This document shows, piece by piece, positions 28,739-38,155 of a stretch of 64,000 nt of DNA. Made by a program: the position numbers and the translations under genes. Source of the stretch: Anaerolineales bacterium. GTDB lineage: Bacteria; Chloroflexota; Anaerolineae; Anaerolineales; UBA6663. Numbering within the stretch: the first letter of the stretch is position 1; every line of letters starts with the position of its first letter. The notes under the pieces were generated by a model. The model was given only the letters and a program-made list of their open reading frames with translations. It ran no database searches and was not told the DNA's origin. The stretch covers positions 13,619 to 77,618 of the forward strand of contig JBGAJV010000010.1 in assembly GCA_044224715.1 (NCBI GenBank), given 5' to 3'.

Positions 28739-30636
28739 AGGCGCCAGACGGCCGCTGGCGTGGATCGTCCGGACTGGCGCTGGCCCTGATGGCCGTGGCC
28801 TGTCTCGTTCGAGCAGCCAACGTCGGGCTCGCCAGCTTTCGCGGCGACGAGGCCTTCAGTATCCGTCTCGCGCAGCTGCCGCTGTCGACTCTGTTCGCGG
28901 CGGTGGCGGTCTCGGAGCCCAACCCTCCGCTGCAGTTTCTGTTTCTGCGCTTTTGGACGGCGATCGCTGGCCAAAGCGAAGTGGCCGCGCGCTGGCCATC
29001 GGTGCTCTGTGGCGTGCTCGTCGTCGCGTTGACCTACCGGTTGGGCCGGGCGCTGATCGGCCGTCGGGCGGCGCTCCTGGCAACCGCCTGGGTCGCCGTG
29101 CAGCCGTTTCTGGTCTGGTACGCGCAAGACCTGCGGTCGTTTTCGAGCCTTGCGTTCTGGTGTCTCGGCGCGGCCTGGTGCGCGTGGGAGGGTTTGCACC
29201 AGCCCACCTGGCGGTGGTGGCTCGCGAGCGCCGGCGCGGCCTGGCTCGCGATGAACCTGCACTACTTCGCCGCGCTGCCGCTGGGCGCGCTGGCGGTCGC
29301 CGTCGGAATGTCACCGCGCATCCGCATGACCTGGCACCGCGCTATCGTCGCCTACGGCATCGCAGCGGCGGCCTTCCTGCCGTGGGCAGTCTATGTCTGG
29401 CCGTTGCTGAGCGGCCACGAAAAAAGCTGGCTCCATCAACTGAGCGCAACGGAAGTCACCTGGCGAACCCTGACCGCCTACAGCACCGGCGGGCACTGGG
29501 CCGGCGCGCCCGATGGCTGGATCGGGCCTGGGGCGATCGGGCTGGCCGTGCTCATGATCGTCGGCCTGATCGTGAGCCGTCGCGATCGGGTTCGTCTGAT
29601 CTGGCTGCTCGCGCTCGGCCCGGCGACGCCGATCGCCCTCGGGTCGTTGAACGCCTGGCGCCCAAGCTATTCCGAACACTACGTCATCACTGGCCTGATC
29701 GGCTCTCTGCTGATCGCCGCCGCGGGCCTGCAAACGGGTCTGGAGCGCCTGGCGGGCGGCGCACGCACGCGCTGGTTTGCGGGTGTATCGCTGGCAGGGG
29801 TCGCCGTGGCCTCGCTCGCCTGCGTCTGGAACGTCTGGTACGACCCGGCGTTCGTCAAGGCCGCCGATTGGCGCGGTCTGGCCGATGCGCTGGCCGCGCG
29901 AGCCGGGCCGAACGACATCGTGTGGATGAACCTGCCCGACCCGGCCCTCGAGATCTATCTGGCCGGTCGGGTGCCGCTCGAGAACGCGCCACCGGACGCG
30001 CTTCCGGCACAAGACACCGGTCATGCCGACACGCGCGTTGCGGCGCTGGCGGCGGCCGCCGATCAGTTGGCCCGGGTTCAGGCCGGGCACAATCGAGTGT
30101 TCTTGCTGTTTTCGCCCAATCCGGCCTGGGACCCTGAGGGCTTCGCGGGCCAGGAACTCGACGGCTGTTGCGAACTGATCGACGAAAACGTTGTGGCGGG
30201 TCAACACGTCAGGGTCTACGACACGCCGCGCGGCGCCATGGCCGCCCGGCAACCGCTCGACGCAGACTTCGACGCGGGGATGCGCCTCACCGGCTACAGA
30301 GTCGAACGTGTCGCCGATCGGCTGCACCTCACGTTGTTCTGGCGGACCGACGCCGCGATCGCGCGCGACTACACGGTGTTCGTGCACCTGCTCGCAGCCG
30401 ACGGCTTTCAAGTCGCGGGCGGCGACGGTGATCCGCGCCAGGGCACCGCGCCGACGTCGACCTGGCGCCCGAACGTCGACGTCATCGACCCACACCCCAT
30501 CCCGCTGCCCGCGGGTCTGGGGGCAGGACCGTATCACCTCGTGATCGGCTGGTATCTGCGCGAGACCGGCGCACGCGTTCCGCTTGACGGTGGCGGGGAG
30601 TCGGTCGCGTTACCCGATGTCTACACCTTCCCCTGA
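28735..30636 (+). CDS. ArnT/PMT (GT39/GT83)-like membrane glycosyltransferase with one C-terminal repeat module
   Basis: The ATG overlaps the upstream stop (ATGA). It has an FRGDEAF first-loop motif and about 11 TM helices. The C-terminus DYTVFVHLLAADGFQVAGGDGDP..APTSTW..GPYHLVIGWY (about 30258-30633) matches the shared module. Confidence 0.75.
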   Translation: MKAPDGRWRGSSGLALALMAVACLVRAANVGLASFRGDEAFSIRLAQLPLSTLFAAVAVSEPNPPLQFLFLRFWTAIAGQSEVAARWPSVLCGVLVVALTYRLGRALIGRRAALLATAWVAVQPFLVWYAQDLRSFSSLAFWCLGAAWCAWEGLHQPTWRWWLASAGAAWLAMNLHYFAALPLGALAVAVGMSPRIRMTWHRAIVAYGIAAAAFLPWAVYVWPLLSGHEKSWLHQLSATEVTWRTLTAYSTGGHWAGAPDGWIGPGAIGLAVLMIVGLIVSRRDRVRLIWLLALGPATPIALGSLNAWRPSYSEHYVITGLIGSLLIAAAGLQTGLERLAGGARTRWFAGVSLAGVAVASLACVWNVWYDPAFVKAADWRGLADALAARAGPNDIVWMNLPDPALEIYLAGRVPLENAPPDALPAQDTGHADTRVAALAAAADQLARVQAGHNRVFLLFSPNPAWDPEGFAGQELDGCCELIDENVVAGQHVRVYDTPRGAMAARQPLDADFDAGMRLTGYRVERVADRLHLTLFWRTDAAIARDYTVFVHLLAADGFQVAGGDGDPRQGTAPTSTWRPNVDVIDPHPIPLPAGLGAGPYHLVIGWYLRETGARVPLDGGGESVALPDVYTFP

Positions 30637-31084
30637 GGCCATCGCCCTCCGCGCCGCTCGGATCGAAGACGAACCGATCATCCGGCGACTCGTCCGCAGC
30701 AGCGACCTGAACCCGCTCGGCATCGACTGGCGGCGCTTCACGGTCGCCACGCTCGGCGAGGCCGGGCCCATCGTCGGGATGGGGCAGATCAAGCCACATG
30801 GCGATGGCAGCCGCGAACTGGCGTCGATCGCCGTGGTCGAGGCCCAGCGCGGCAAAGGCATCGCGCGGATGCTGATCGAGCACTTGCTGGCCACGGAGGT
30901 CGGCGCGATCTACCTGACCTGTCGCCCACAGCTACGCGGCTTCTACGTCCCCTTCGGATTCGTCGAGGTCCACGACGCGTCGGCCATGCCGCTGTACTTC
31001 CGGCGTATCGCGCGCGTCACAGGCTGGATCCGGCGTTTTCGGTCCGAGTGGGGCCCGGCGATCATGCGCCGCAACCCGGTCTGA
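30617..31084 (+). CDS. GNAT-family N-acetyltransferase
   Basis: Contains LASIAVVEAQRGKGIARMLIEHLL (acetyl-CoA binding Q/RxxGxG/A motif). The start is ATG 30617 or the upstream 30584, and either overlaps the preceding gene. Confidence 0.75.
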   Translation: MSTPSPEAIALRAARIEDEPIIRRLVRSSDLNPLGIDWRRFTVATLGEAGPIVGMGQIKPHGDGSRELASIAVVEAQRGKGIARMLIEHLLATEVGAIYLTCRPQLRGFYVPFGFVEVHDASAMPLYFRRIARVTGWIRRFRSEWGPAIMRRNPV

Positions 31085-31085
31085 G

Positions 31086-31130
31086 GAACACAAAACGCGG
31101 CCCTCTCGGACCGCGTCGTGTTCTCATTTA
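31086..31130. terminator. Hairpin terminator between convergent genes
   Basis: gaacac..acgcggcc / ggaccgcgt..gtgttc followed by TCATTT. Confidence 0.6.
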
Positions 31131-31152
31131 CCAGACTGGAACGATCCGTCGT

Positions 31153-32010
31153 TCACCAGCCCGGGGTCGTCGTCTGGCGCGGGTTGTAGATCGCGAGCGC
31201 GCCGGCGTTCCCGCGCATGAAAGTCTCGAGCGCTTCGGCCGACACCATCACGGTCGAACGACGCGCGGGGTCCTGCACCTTGAACTGGCCCGTGTAGCGA
31301 TCGTAGCCCGTGACAGCCACGATATGCGCCGTGGCGCCGCCCGGGGCCGACGTGTTGTCGGTGCCGCGGTCGCCCGTCCACGGCGGGACCTTGCCCGCGA
31401 ACGTGCCGCTGACGACCACGGACGCGCCGGCCAGCAAGGCCTCGCGGACGCTGGACGTCGTCGGAGCCAGGACTTGCGTGCGCGCCGACGCCGATTGAGC
31501 GCCGCGACGCACTTCGCTCAGGCTTGTGTAGTTGTTGTGCTCGCTGCCGAGGAAACGGCCGGCGGCATCGACGCCGTCGCGCGTGGTGTCGTTGACCATC
31601 CGCTTGCGCGCCAGAACCATGGATTCGCCGCTGGTCAGCCCGGCGCCCATCGACAGCCCGACGGCGTTGAGCGCCATCACCAGAGAGGCCGGGCCGCAGT
31701 CCGCGTTGCGCCCATCACCGCCGACGCTGACCTCGGCGTCGAACTGATTGACGTAGCCTTGCCCGTCCGTGGCGGTCGTCGTCCCGCCGTCGAGGCGCTC
31801 GACCAGCTTGAGCAGCAGCATCGACATGAGGGCATCGGCCCCGCCGAGCTCGCCGTTCGTGCTTTGCGCCGCCAACAGCGCGCTGAAAGCCTGCTGGAGA
31901 TCGGTGCCTGAAGAGTCGGTGGTCGTGTCGCGGCGGACGCGCGCAAGCGGGCTTTGGAAGGTCGCAGCGGGGAGAGGTTGAGCAAAATCGGTCATCGGAG
32001 GTCTCGGCAC
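31153..32010 (-). CDS. C39-like (papain-fold) cysteine peptidase domain protein, no obvious signal peptide
   Basis: 285 aa. NADCGPASLVMALNAVGL is the Cys motif. GGATAHIVAVTGYD..KVQDP supplies the His and Asp/Gln. The start is GTG 32010 or ATG 31995. Confidence 0.5.
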   Translation of the reverse strand: MPRPPMTDFAQPLPAATFQSPLARVRRDTTTDSSGTDLQQAFSALLAAQSTNGELGGADALMSMLLLKLVERLDGGTTTATDGQGYVNQFDAEVSVGGDGRNADCGPASLVMALNAVGLSMGAGLTSGESMVLARKRMVNDTTRDGVDAAGRFLGSEHNNYTSLSEVRRGAQSASARTQVLAPTTSSVREALLAGASVVVSGTFAGKVPPWTGDRGTDNTSAPGGATAHIVAVTGYDRYTGQFKVQDPARRSTVMVSAEALETFMRGNAGALAIYNPRQTTTPGW

Positions 32011-32097
32011 GCGTCCAAACGATATCCTTATAGACCGGCGAACGTGCTGGAACTATAGCGATAACGACACGTCAAGTCAGTAAATGGCGAATTAAGA

Positions 32098-32127
32098 TTG
32101 GCGTGATAGACCTGAACTGGGTATACT
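32098..32127 (+). promoter_or_regulatory. Candidate promoter for the small ORF / SARP regulator operon
   Basis: TTGGCG, an 18-nt spacer, then TATACT, inside a locally AT-richer intergenic patch. Confidence 0.4.
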
Positions 32128-32189
32128 GATTCGCCGCCGCCGCTGCTTGAAGGCCGCGACGGCGTATCCTCACCGACCGGGCAGTGAAC

Positions 32190-32414
32190 ATGGCAGATCA
32201 ATTCATCGTGACCTTCGACTCGCATGGCCTGTCGCTCGAGGGACGCAAGTTCAGCGAGAAACAGATCATGAGCGCGCTGGCCGAAGGCCATTTCCGGCCG
32301 GGCATGCGCTTCCGCCGCGGCCGCACCGAGTTCGTGCTGACCAAGACCGGGCTGGTTCCGCGGCGCCGGGCCGACACCGAACCCGAAGAAGAGACCACGG
32401 AAGAAGAAGAATAA
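32190..32414 (+). CDS. Small hypothetical protein with acidic C-terminal tail
   Basis: 74 aa from ATG 32190 (GTG 32184 is also possible). G/C is strongly favoured at third codon positions. It ends EPEEETTEEEE. The stop lies 14 nt before the regulator start. Confidence 0.5.
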   Translation: MADQFIVTFDSHGLSLEGRKFSEKQIMSALAEGHFRPGMRFRRGRTEFVLTKTGLVPRRRADTEPEEETTEEEE

Positions 32415-32427
32415 GGCGGGAGCCGGC

Positions 32428-35400
32428 TTGTCTTCGATCGACCCGTCCGCGCCGGCCTGCGCGCTGCAACTGCTGGGCGCCCCCACCCTCACTCGCTCGG
32501 GCCGCGTCGTCACGCTCAAGAGACGCCAGGCCCGGGCGCTCTTGTTTTTCGTCGGCGCCCATGACGGGCCCGTCGCGCGTGACGTGCTGCTCGGCTTGAT
32601 CTGGCCCGACAAAGAACGCGCCGTCGCCCAACAGAACCTGCGCACGTTGCTGCATGGTCTGCGCCGCGAGCTCGGGCCGCACCTCGTCGACGAGGCCAAC
32701 GGGCTGAGACTCGCGGAGGGCGTGGTCGTCGACGTCCGCGCCTTCGAAGCCGGCCTGGCCGGCGGCCCCGACGCGCTCGCCTCCGCGCTGCGTCTGTACC
32801 GCGGGGACTTCCTTGAGGGCTTCGCGCTCAGCGGCGCGCCGGAGTTCGACTCGTGGGCCTTGATCGAACGCGAGCGTTTGCGCCGGCTGGCCGTGCGCGG
32901 CTTCACGCAACTCAGCGCCCACCACGCCGTCGCCGAGCAGTATGCCGAGGCGCTGGCGGCCATCGACCGCGCGCTGGCGCTCGACCCGCTCCAGGAGGAC
33001 GTCCAGCGCGAGGCGCTGCGCCTCCATATGCTGGCCGGCGACCGCCCGGGCGCCATCCGCCGCTACGACCAGCTGAGGCGTTTGCTCGACGAGGAGCTGG
33101 GGGTCTCGCCCATGGCTGAGACCAGGGCCCTCTACGACGCCATCATCAACGACCGCTGGCAGGCGCCCCGCCCGGCAACGTCGATCGCGGCGCACTCCCC
33201 CGTTCGCGAGACGCTCGAAGATCTGCCGTTCGTCGGCCGGCAGCGCGAGTTGCAGGACCTGGAAGCCGCCGTCGGCCGCAGCGCGCTCGTCGTCATCGAG
33301 GGCGAACCCGGCATCGGCAAAACCCGGCTCGCGCTGCACTTTGCTGAGCAACACGGGTTGAGCCCTTGGGTCGGCGCGGCCTACGAACTCGAGAGCGGCG
33401 TGCCGTATGCGCCGATCATCGAAGCCCTGCGCGCCGGGCTTTCGCAGATCTCGGGCGGCGCAAGCCGGCTGACCGGTCTGGCCCCGGTCTGGCGCCAGGA
33501 AGCCGCAAGGCTGTTACCCGAGCTGGCTGGGCCCGAGTTCGCGTTCCCAGGCAGCGCCGCCACCGAGGAGTCGCGGGTCCGCGAGGCGCTCTATCGCGTT
33601 GCGCTGGCGTTGCTGCAAGCCGCGCCGGGTCTCCTCGTGCTCGACGACCTGCACTGGGCCGACACGGCGACGCTGGCCTTCGTCGGCTACTTGATCCGCC
33701 GCGCCGGCGCCGACGGACAGGCGGTGACCGTGGTCGCCACGGCGCGGTCGCATGGCGTCAGCACCGGGCTCGGACAGCTGACGCGCGGATTGAGCCGCGA
33801 GAACCGATTGATCGCCGTGCGCCTCGACCGGCTCGAGCCCACCGAGATCGACCGTTTCGCCCGCGGCCTGAGCGCGACCTTTGCGGCGCCGCTCGGGCAA
33901 TGGCTCGTGCGCAACTCCGAGGGCAATCCCTACATCCTCACCGAGCTGATCCACGATCTGCGGCGCAGCAACACGCTGCGGGCCGATGGCGTCGTCAACC
34001 TGGATGCGCTCAGCACCGGGCCGGCGCTGCCGCAATCTGTGTCCAGCCTGATCCTCTCTCGGCTGGCCCGGCTGTCCGACGGCGCCCGGCGCGTCCTCGA
34101 CGCAGCGGTGGCCGCGGGCCGCGAGTTCGATGCCGAGGTGGTCTGGCGCGCCGCCGGTCTGTCGGAAGTGGCCGGCCTCGACGCGCTCGACGAGCTGCGG
34201 GCGACGGGTCTGATCCACAGCCCGGGGCGACCCGGCACGCCGGAAACAGCCGAGGTCTTTCGCTTCGATCACACGTTGACGATGGAAGCGGCGTATCGCG
34301 ATATCGGCGAGACCCGGCACCGCATGATGCATCGGCGCGTGGCCGAGGCCCTCGAACAACTCGGCCGCGACCACGATGAGGAATTGCCCGCGCTGCTCGC
34401 CTGGCATTTCCGCGAGGGCGGCGCCTTCGACCGCGCCGCGCCGTATGCCTTCCGCGCCGGCCAACGCGCGACCCGATTGGCGGCCTGGGCCCAGGCGATC
34501 GAACACTACGAGCACGCGCTGGCCGGCAACCGATCGACGACCGAGCAGGTCGCGATCCTCTCGGCCCTGGCGCAGGCGCAACTCAACAGCGGCCAGGCGG
34601 CGCTGACGGTGGAGACCTATCGCCGCGCGATCGCGCTCGAGAAAGAGCCCGAGCGACTGGCGCCGCTGCGCATCGAGCTGGCCCGCGCCTACTTCATGCG
34701 GGCGCGGTATGCCGACGCCGTGACACTGGCGGGCGAACTCGCCGCCGACGCGACGCTGTCTTCCACGCAACGCGCCCAGGCCGAATTGCTGTGGGGCACG
34801 GCCCTGTCGGTCGAGGGGTCGGACCTATCGGCGGCGGCCGCCCATCTCCAGCGCGCCGCGGCGCTTGTCGGCGATTGCGCCGGAAACGACCCGGCTTTCC
34901 TGGCGCAGACCCTGTTCGAGCGCGGCGGATTGGCGGCGCAACAGGGCGATCTGACGGCCGCGCTCGCGTTCTATCGCGAGTCGCTGCGCGTCGCCGAGGA
35001 AGACGGCGACCTGCCCATGTGGGAGGCGCTGAGCCACAACAACCTCGCCTATCACCTGCACCTCACGGGCGATCCGGCCGCTCTACAAGAGGCCGAGGCC
35101 CATATCCAACGCGGCTTGCGCCTCGCCGAGGACCGCGGTCTGCTCAGCGTCGTGCCCTATCTGTACTCCACACGCGGTGAACTGCAGCTGGCTGCCGGCG
35201 ACCTGGCGGACGCGGCGTTCTCGTTCGGGCTCGGGCTGGCGCAGGCCGAGGCCGTCGGCATGGCCGAACGCATCGCGGGCCTGAACGCCAATCTGGGCCT
35301 GGTGGCCCTGCGCCGCGGCGAGAACGCGACCGCGATCCACCGGCTCTCCACGGCCCTGGCCCAGGCCGACGCGATCGGCACGCAGCATCTGGCCGCCCAG

Positions 35401-35586
35401 ATCCGGATCTGGTTGGCCCCGTTGCTGCCGCCCGCCGAGGCCGCGGCGCGTCTGGCCGAAGCCCGTGCGGTCGCCCGGGCCGGCGGACGGCGTAAGCTGC
35501 TGGAACAGATTGCGGGGGCGGAGAGCGCGAATGCGGGGAGCGCTGGGAGCACGAGAGCGGAGAGCGACCACACGGCCGCGCAGTAG
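32428..35586 (+). CDS. SARP/AfsR-type transcriptional regulator (wHTH + BTAD + P-loop NTPase + TPR)
   Basis: TTG start after GGGAG. It has an OmpR-like winged helix, a BTAD region (LYRGDFLEGF..), a Walker A motif (GEPGIGKTRL), a Walker B motif (LLVLDDLHWAD), and a long TPR-like C-terminus. Confidence 0.85.
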   Translation: MSSIDPSAPACALQLLGAPTLTRSGRVVTLKRRQARALLFFVGAHDGPVARDVLLGLIWPDKERAVAQQNLRTLLHGLRRELGPHLVDEANGLRLAEGVVVDVRAFEAGLAGGPDALASALRLYRGDFLEGFALSGAPEFDSWALIERERLRRLAVRGFTQLSAHHAVAEQYAEALAAIDRALALDPLQEDVQREALRLHMLAGDRPGAIRRYDQLRRLLDEELGVSPMAETRALYDAIINDRWQAPRPATSIAAHSPVRETLEDLPFVGRQRELQDLEAAVGRSALVVIEGEPGIGKTRLALHFAEQHGLSPWVGAAYELESGVPYAPIIEALRAGLSQISGGASRLTGLAPVWRQEAARLLPELAGPEFAFPGSAATEESRVREALYRVALALLQAAPGLLVLDDLHWADTATLAFVGYLIRRAGADGQAVTVVATARSHGVSTGLGQLTRGLSRENRLIAVRLDRLEPTEIDRFARGLSATFAAPLGQWLVRNSEGNPYILTELIHDLRRSNTLRADGVVNLDALSTGPALPQSVSSLILSRLARLSDGARRVLDAAVAAGREFDAEVVWRAAGLSEVAGLDALDELRATGLIHSPGRPGTPETAEVFRFDHTLTMEAAYRDIGETRHRMMHRRVAEALEQLGRDHDEELPALLAWHFREGGAFDRAAPYAFRAGQRATRLAAWAQAIEHYEHALAGNRSTTEQVAILSALAQAQLNSGQAALTVETYRRAIALEKEPERLAPLRIELARAYFMRARYADAVTLAGELAADATLSSTQRAQAELLWGTALSVEGSDLSAAAAHLQRAAALVGDCAGNDPAFLAQTLFERGGLAAQQGDLTAALAFYRESLRVAEEDGDLPMWEALSHNNLAYHLHLTGDPAALQEAEAHIQRGLRLAEDRGLLSVVPYLYSTRGELQLAAGDLADAAFSFGLGLAQAEAVGMAERIAGLNANLGLVALRRGENATAIHRLSTALAQADAIGTQHLAAQIRIWLAPLLPPAEAAARLAEARAVARAGGRRKLLEQIAGAESANAGSAGSTRAESDHTAAQ

Positions 35587-35733
35587 ATAGTCGCACCCGC
35601 GCTACTCGTTCCCCCGCTCCCCCGCTCCCGCGCACCTTCGGCCCCCCGTGTTTACGCTCGTGTTCACGGCGTGTTGATGCCCCGGATGCTATGGTCTTCC
35701 CGTACACAGCAAACACCCAAGGAGACCTGCACC

Positions 35734-36273
35734 ATGACCTGGAACCTCGACCTGAGCCATTCGGAAATCAACTTCGCCGTCAAGCACATGATGATCTCGA
35801 CGGTGCGCGGCAAGTTCAACAAGTTCAGCGGCACGATCGACTTCAACGAGGCCGATCCGGCCAGCTCGTCGATTGATGTCTCGATCGACGTCGCCAGCAT
35901 CGACACCAAGGACGAGAAGCGCGACGGCCACCTGAAGTCGGGCGATTTCTTCGATGTCGAGAAGTTCCCGGCCATCACCTTCAAGAGCACCAAGGTCGAA
36001 AAGCTGTCGGCGAACAGCGCCAAGGTCACGGGCGATCTGACCATCCGCGGCGTCAGCCGCCCGGTCGTCCTCGACGTCGATTACGCCGGCCAGGCCAAGA
36101 GCCCGTGGGGCACCACGAGCGCCGGCTTCAGCGCGTCGACCAAGGTCAACCGCAAGGACTGGGGTCTGACCTGGAACGTGGCCCTCGAGACCGGCGGCGT
36201 GCTGGTGGGCGACGACATCTCGATCGCGATCGAGGCCGAGCTGGTCAAGCAGCCCGACGCGCAGGCCGCCTGA
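35734..36273 (+). CDS. YceI-family polyisoprenoid-binding protein
   Basis: AAGGAGA lies 8 nt upstream. The protein reads WNLDLSHSEINFAVKHMMISTVRGKFNKFSG..DTKDEKRDGHLKSGDFFD. Confidence 0.85.
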   Translation: MTWNLDLSHSEINFAVKHMMISTVRGKFNKFSGTIDFNEADPASSSIDVSIDVASIDTKDEKRDGHLKSGDFFDVEKFPAITFKSTKVEKLSANSAKVTGDLTIRGVSRPVVLDVDYAGQAKSPWGTTSAGFSASTKVNRKDWGLTWNVALETGGVLVGDDISIAIEAELVKQPDAQAA

Positions 36274-36302
36274 TCTTCGGCGCCGACACACGGTCTGAAG
36301 CA

Positions 36303-36340
36303 AGCGGGGTCGGGGCCATGTCCCGACCCCGCTTTTGTTT
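36303..36340 (+). terminator. Canonical rho-independent terminator
   Basis: A 12-bp stem (aagcggggtcggg / cccgaccccgctt), a 7-nt loop, then TTTTGTTT. Confidence 0.85.
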
Positions 36341-36397
36341 ACACAGCGCTACGATTCGTATGCTGCCGACGTCACGCGCTGTGGTTTGGAGGTCTGA

Positions 36398-37483
36398 ATG
36401 AACGTCCTGGGATTGCACCACATCACCCTCATCACCGCCGACGTGCGGCGCAACGCCGCGTTCTACACGGGCGTGCTCGGTCTGCGGCTGGTCAAGCAGA
36501 CCGTGAACTTCGACGATCCCGGGAGTTATCACCTCTACTACGGCGACACCGAGGGTCGGCCGGGCAGCGCCATCACGTTCTTCGAATGGCCCGGCGCGCC
36601 GCGTGGGCGCTGGGGCGTGGGCGGCACGCATCACCTGGCGCTCGCCGTAGCCGACAGCAACGGGCTGCTGAAGTGGAAGCGCCGTCTCATCGACCTCGGC
36701 GTTCCGGTCTCCGGCCCGCTCGATCGGCACTACTTCACGTCGATCTACTTTCAAGACCCGGACGGCCAGATCCTCGAGATCGCCACGGCCGGCCCCGGCT
36801 TCACCGTCGACGAGCCGACCGAGACGCTCGGCACCACGTATCAGGCGCCGCCGGCCGACATGATCGTGCGCAATCGCGACGAAGCCGCCATCGCGGCGCT
36901 CACGTGGCTCGAGCCGGTGCCCGAGATCACGCCCGACATGGCGCTCGACCGCGGCCTGCACCATATCACGGCGATCGGCGCCGACATCGCCCGCACCGAC
37001 GCGTTCTACGGCGAACTGCTCGGCATGCAGCGGGTCAAGAAGACTTCGAACTTCGACGATCCGACCTCGGCCCACTGGTATTGGGGCGTCGACGACGGTC
37101 GACCCGGCACGCTGATCACGTATTTCGAGCGCGACCCGCGCAAGGTGCGCGCCGCGCGCATGGGCCCCGGCCAGACCCATCATTTCGCCCTGGCCGTCGC
37201 CGACGACGAGACACAACTCGCCTTCCGCGAGCGACTGCTCAAGGCCGGTCTGCGCGTGTCGGCGGTGATGGACAGGATCTATTTCAAGAGCATCTACACC
37301 CAGGACCCCGACGGCCATATCGTCGAACTGGCGACGGCCGGCCCGGGCTTCACGGTCGACGAGCCTTGCGCGACTCTTGGGACGCGGCTGATGCTCCCGC
37401 CGTGGCTCGAGCCGGCTCGCGACCAGATCGAACGCGTCGCGCCGCCGTTACGCATGGCCACGCTCACGGCGGCGCGGCCATGA
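36398..37483 (+). CDS. Two-domain VOC-superfamily ring-cleaving dioxygenase (glyoxalase/bleomycin-resistance fold)
   Basis: GGAGG lies 5 nt upstream. Duplicated LHHITLI.. / LHHITAIG.. modules carry FYxxxLGxxxVKxTxNFDDP. Confidence 0.8.
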   Translation: MNVLGLHHITLITADVRRNAAFYTGVLGLRLVKQTVNFDDPGSYHLYYGDTEGRPGSAITFFEWPGAPRGRWGVGGTHHLALAVADSNGLLKWKRRLIDLGVPVSGPLDRHYFTSIYFQDPDGQILEIATAGPGFTVDEPTETLGTTYQAPPADMIVRNRDEAAIAALTWLEPVPEITPDMALDRGLHHITAIGADIARTDAFYGELLGMQRVKKTSNFDDPTSAHWYWGVDDGRPGTLITYFERDPRKVRAARMGPGQTHHFALAVADDETQLAFRERLLKAGLRVSAVMDRIYFKSIYTQDPDGHIVELATAGPGFTVDEPCATLGTRLMLPPWLEPARDQIERVAPPLRMATLTAARP

Positions 37484-38094
37484 GCGGCGTGACGATCGAC
37501 CCGGGGCAACTGCAGCCACCCAGCGCCTACCGCCTGTTGTCGAGCCTGGTCGTGCCCCGCCCCATCGCGTGGGTCAGCACCCGCGGCTCCGACGGCAGCG
37601 TCAACCTCGCGCCGTTCTCGTTCTTCAACGCGGTCGGCGATCAGCCGCCGACCGTCATGGTGTCGATCGGGCGTCGGCGCGGCACGCCCAAAGACACCCT
37701 GCGCAACATCGAGGCGACCGGCGAGTTCGTGGTGAACCTGGTCAGCCAGGAACTGGCCGGGGCCATGAACCTGAGCTCAGGCGATTGGGCTTACGGCGAC
37801 AGCGAGTTCGAACGCGCCGGGCTGTCGATGGCGCCCGGCGACGTCGTCGCTGCGCCCCGCGTGGCGCAGGCCCGTGCGGCCCTCGAGTGTCGGCTCAGTG
37901 GGCTCGTGCCCGTGCCGGACACCAGCTACACCATGGTCCTCGGCCAGGTCGTGCGTTTCCACGTGGCCGAGGGCGTGCTGCGTCCCAACGGCACGGCGGA
38001 ACCGACGAGTCTGCAGGCCATCGGGCGCCTCGGCGGCGACGAGTACGTCACGCTCGGCCCGGTCTTCGTCATGCCGCGGCCCGTGATCGGTTGA
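37480..38094 (+). CDS. Flavin reductase-like domain protein
   Basis: The ATG overlaps the upstream stop (ATGA). The protein reads VPRPIAWVSTRGSDGSVNLAPFSFFNAV. Confidence 0.8.
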   Translation: MSGVTIDPGQLQPPSAYRLLSSLVVPRPIAWVSTRGSDGSVNLAPFSFFNAVGDQPPTVMVSIGRRRGTPKDTLRNIEATGEFVVNLVSQELAGAMNLSSGDWAYGDSEFERAGLSMAPGDVVAAPRVAQARAALECRLSGLVPVPDTSYTMVLGQVVRFHVAEGVLRPNGTAEPTSLQAIGRLGGDEYVTLGPVFVMPRPVIG

Positions 38095-38111
38095 CGACCT
38101 GCCGAAACGAA

Positions 38112-38145
38112 AAAGCGGCCGGGGCAGCCCCGGCCGCTTTCGATT
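38112..38145. terminator. Bidirectional hairpin terminator
   Basis: gcggccgggg / ccccggccgc stem flanked by an A-run and TTTCGATT, between convergent genes. Confidence 0.7.
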
Positions 38146-38155
38146 CTGGTGCGGC

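Noticed and set aside
32028-33354. Minus-strand ORFs 32028..33056 and 32266..33354
   Set aside because: They are antisense to the small ORF and SARP regulator, cross the AT-rich promoter region, and show low-complexity Ser/Ala/Arg composition.
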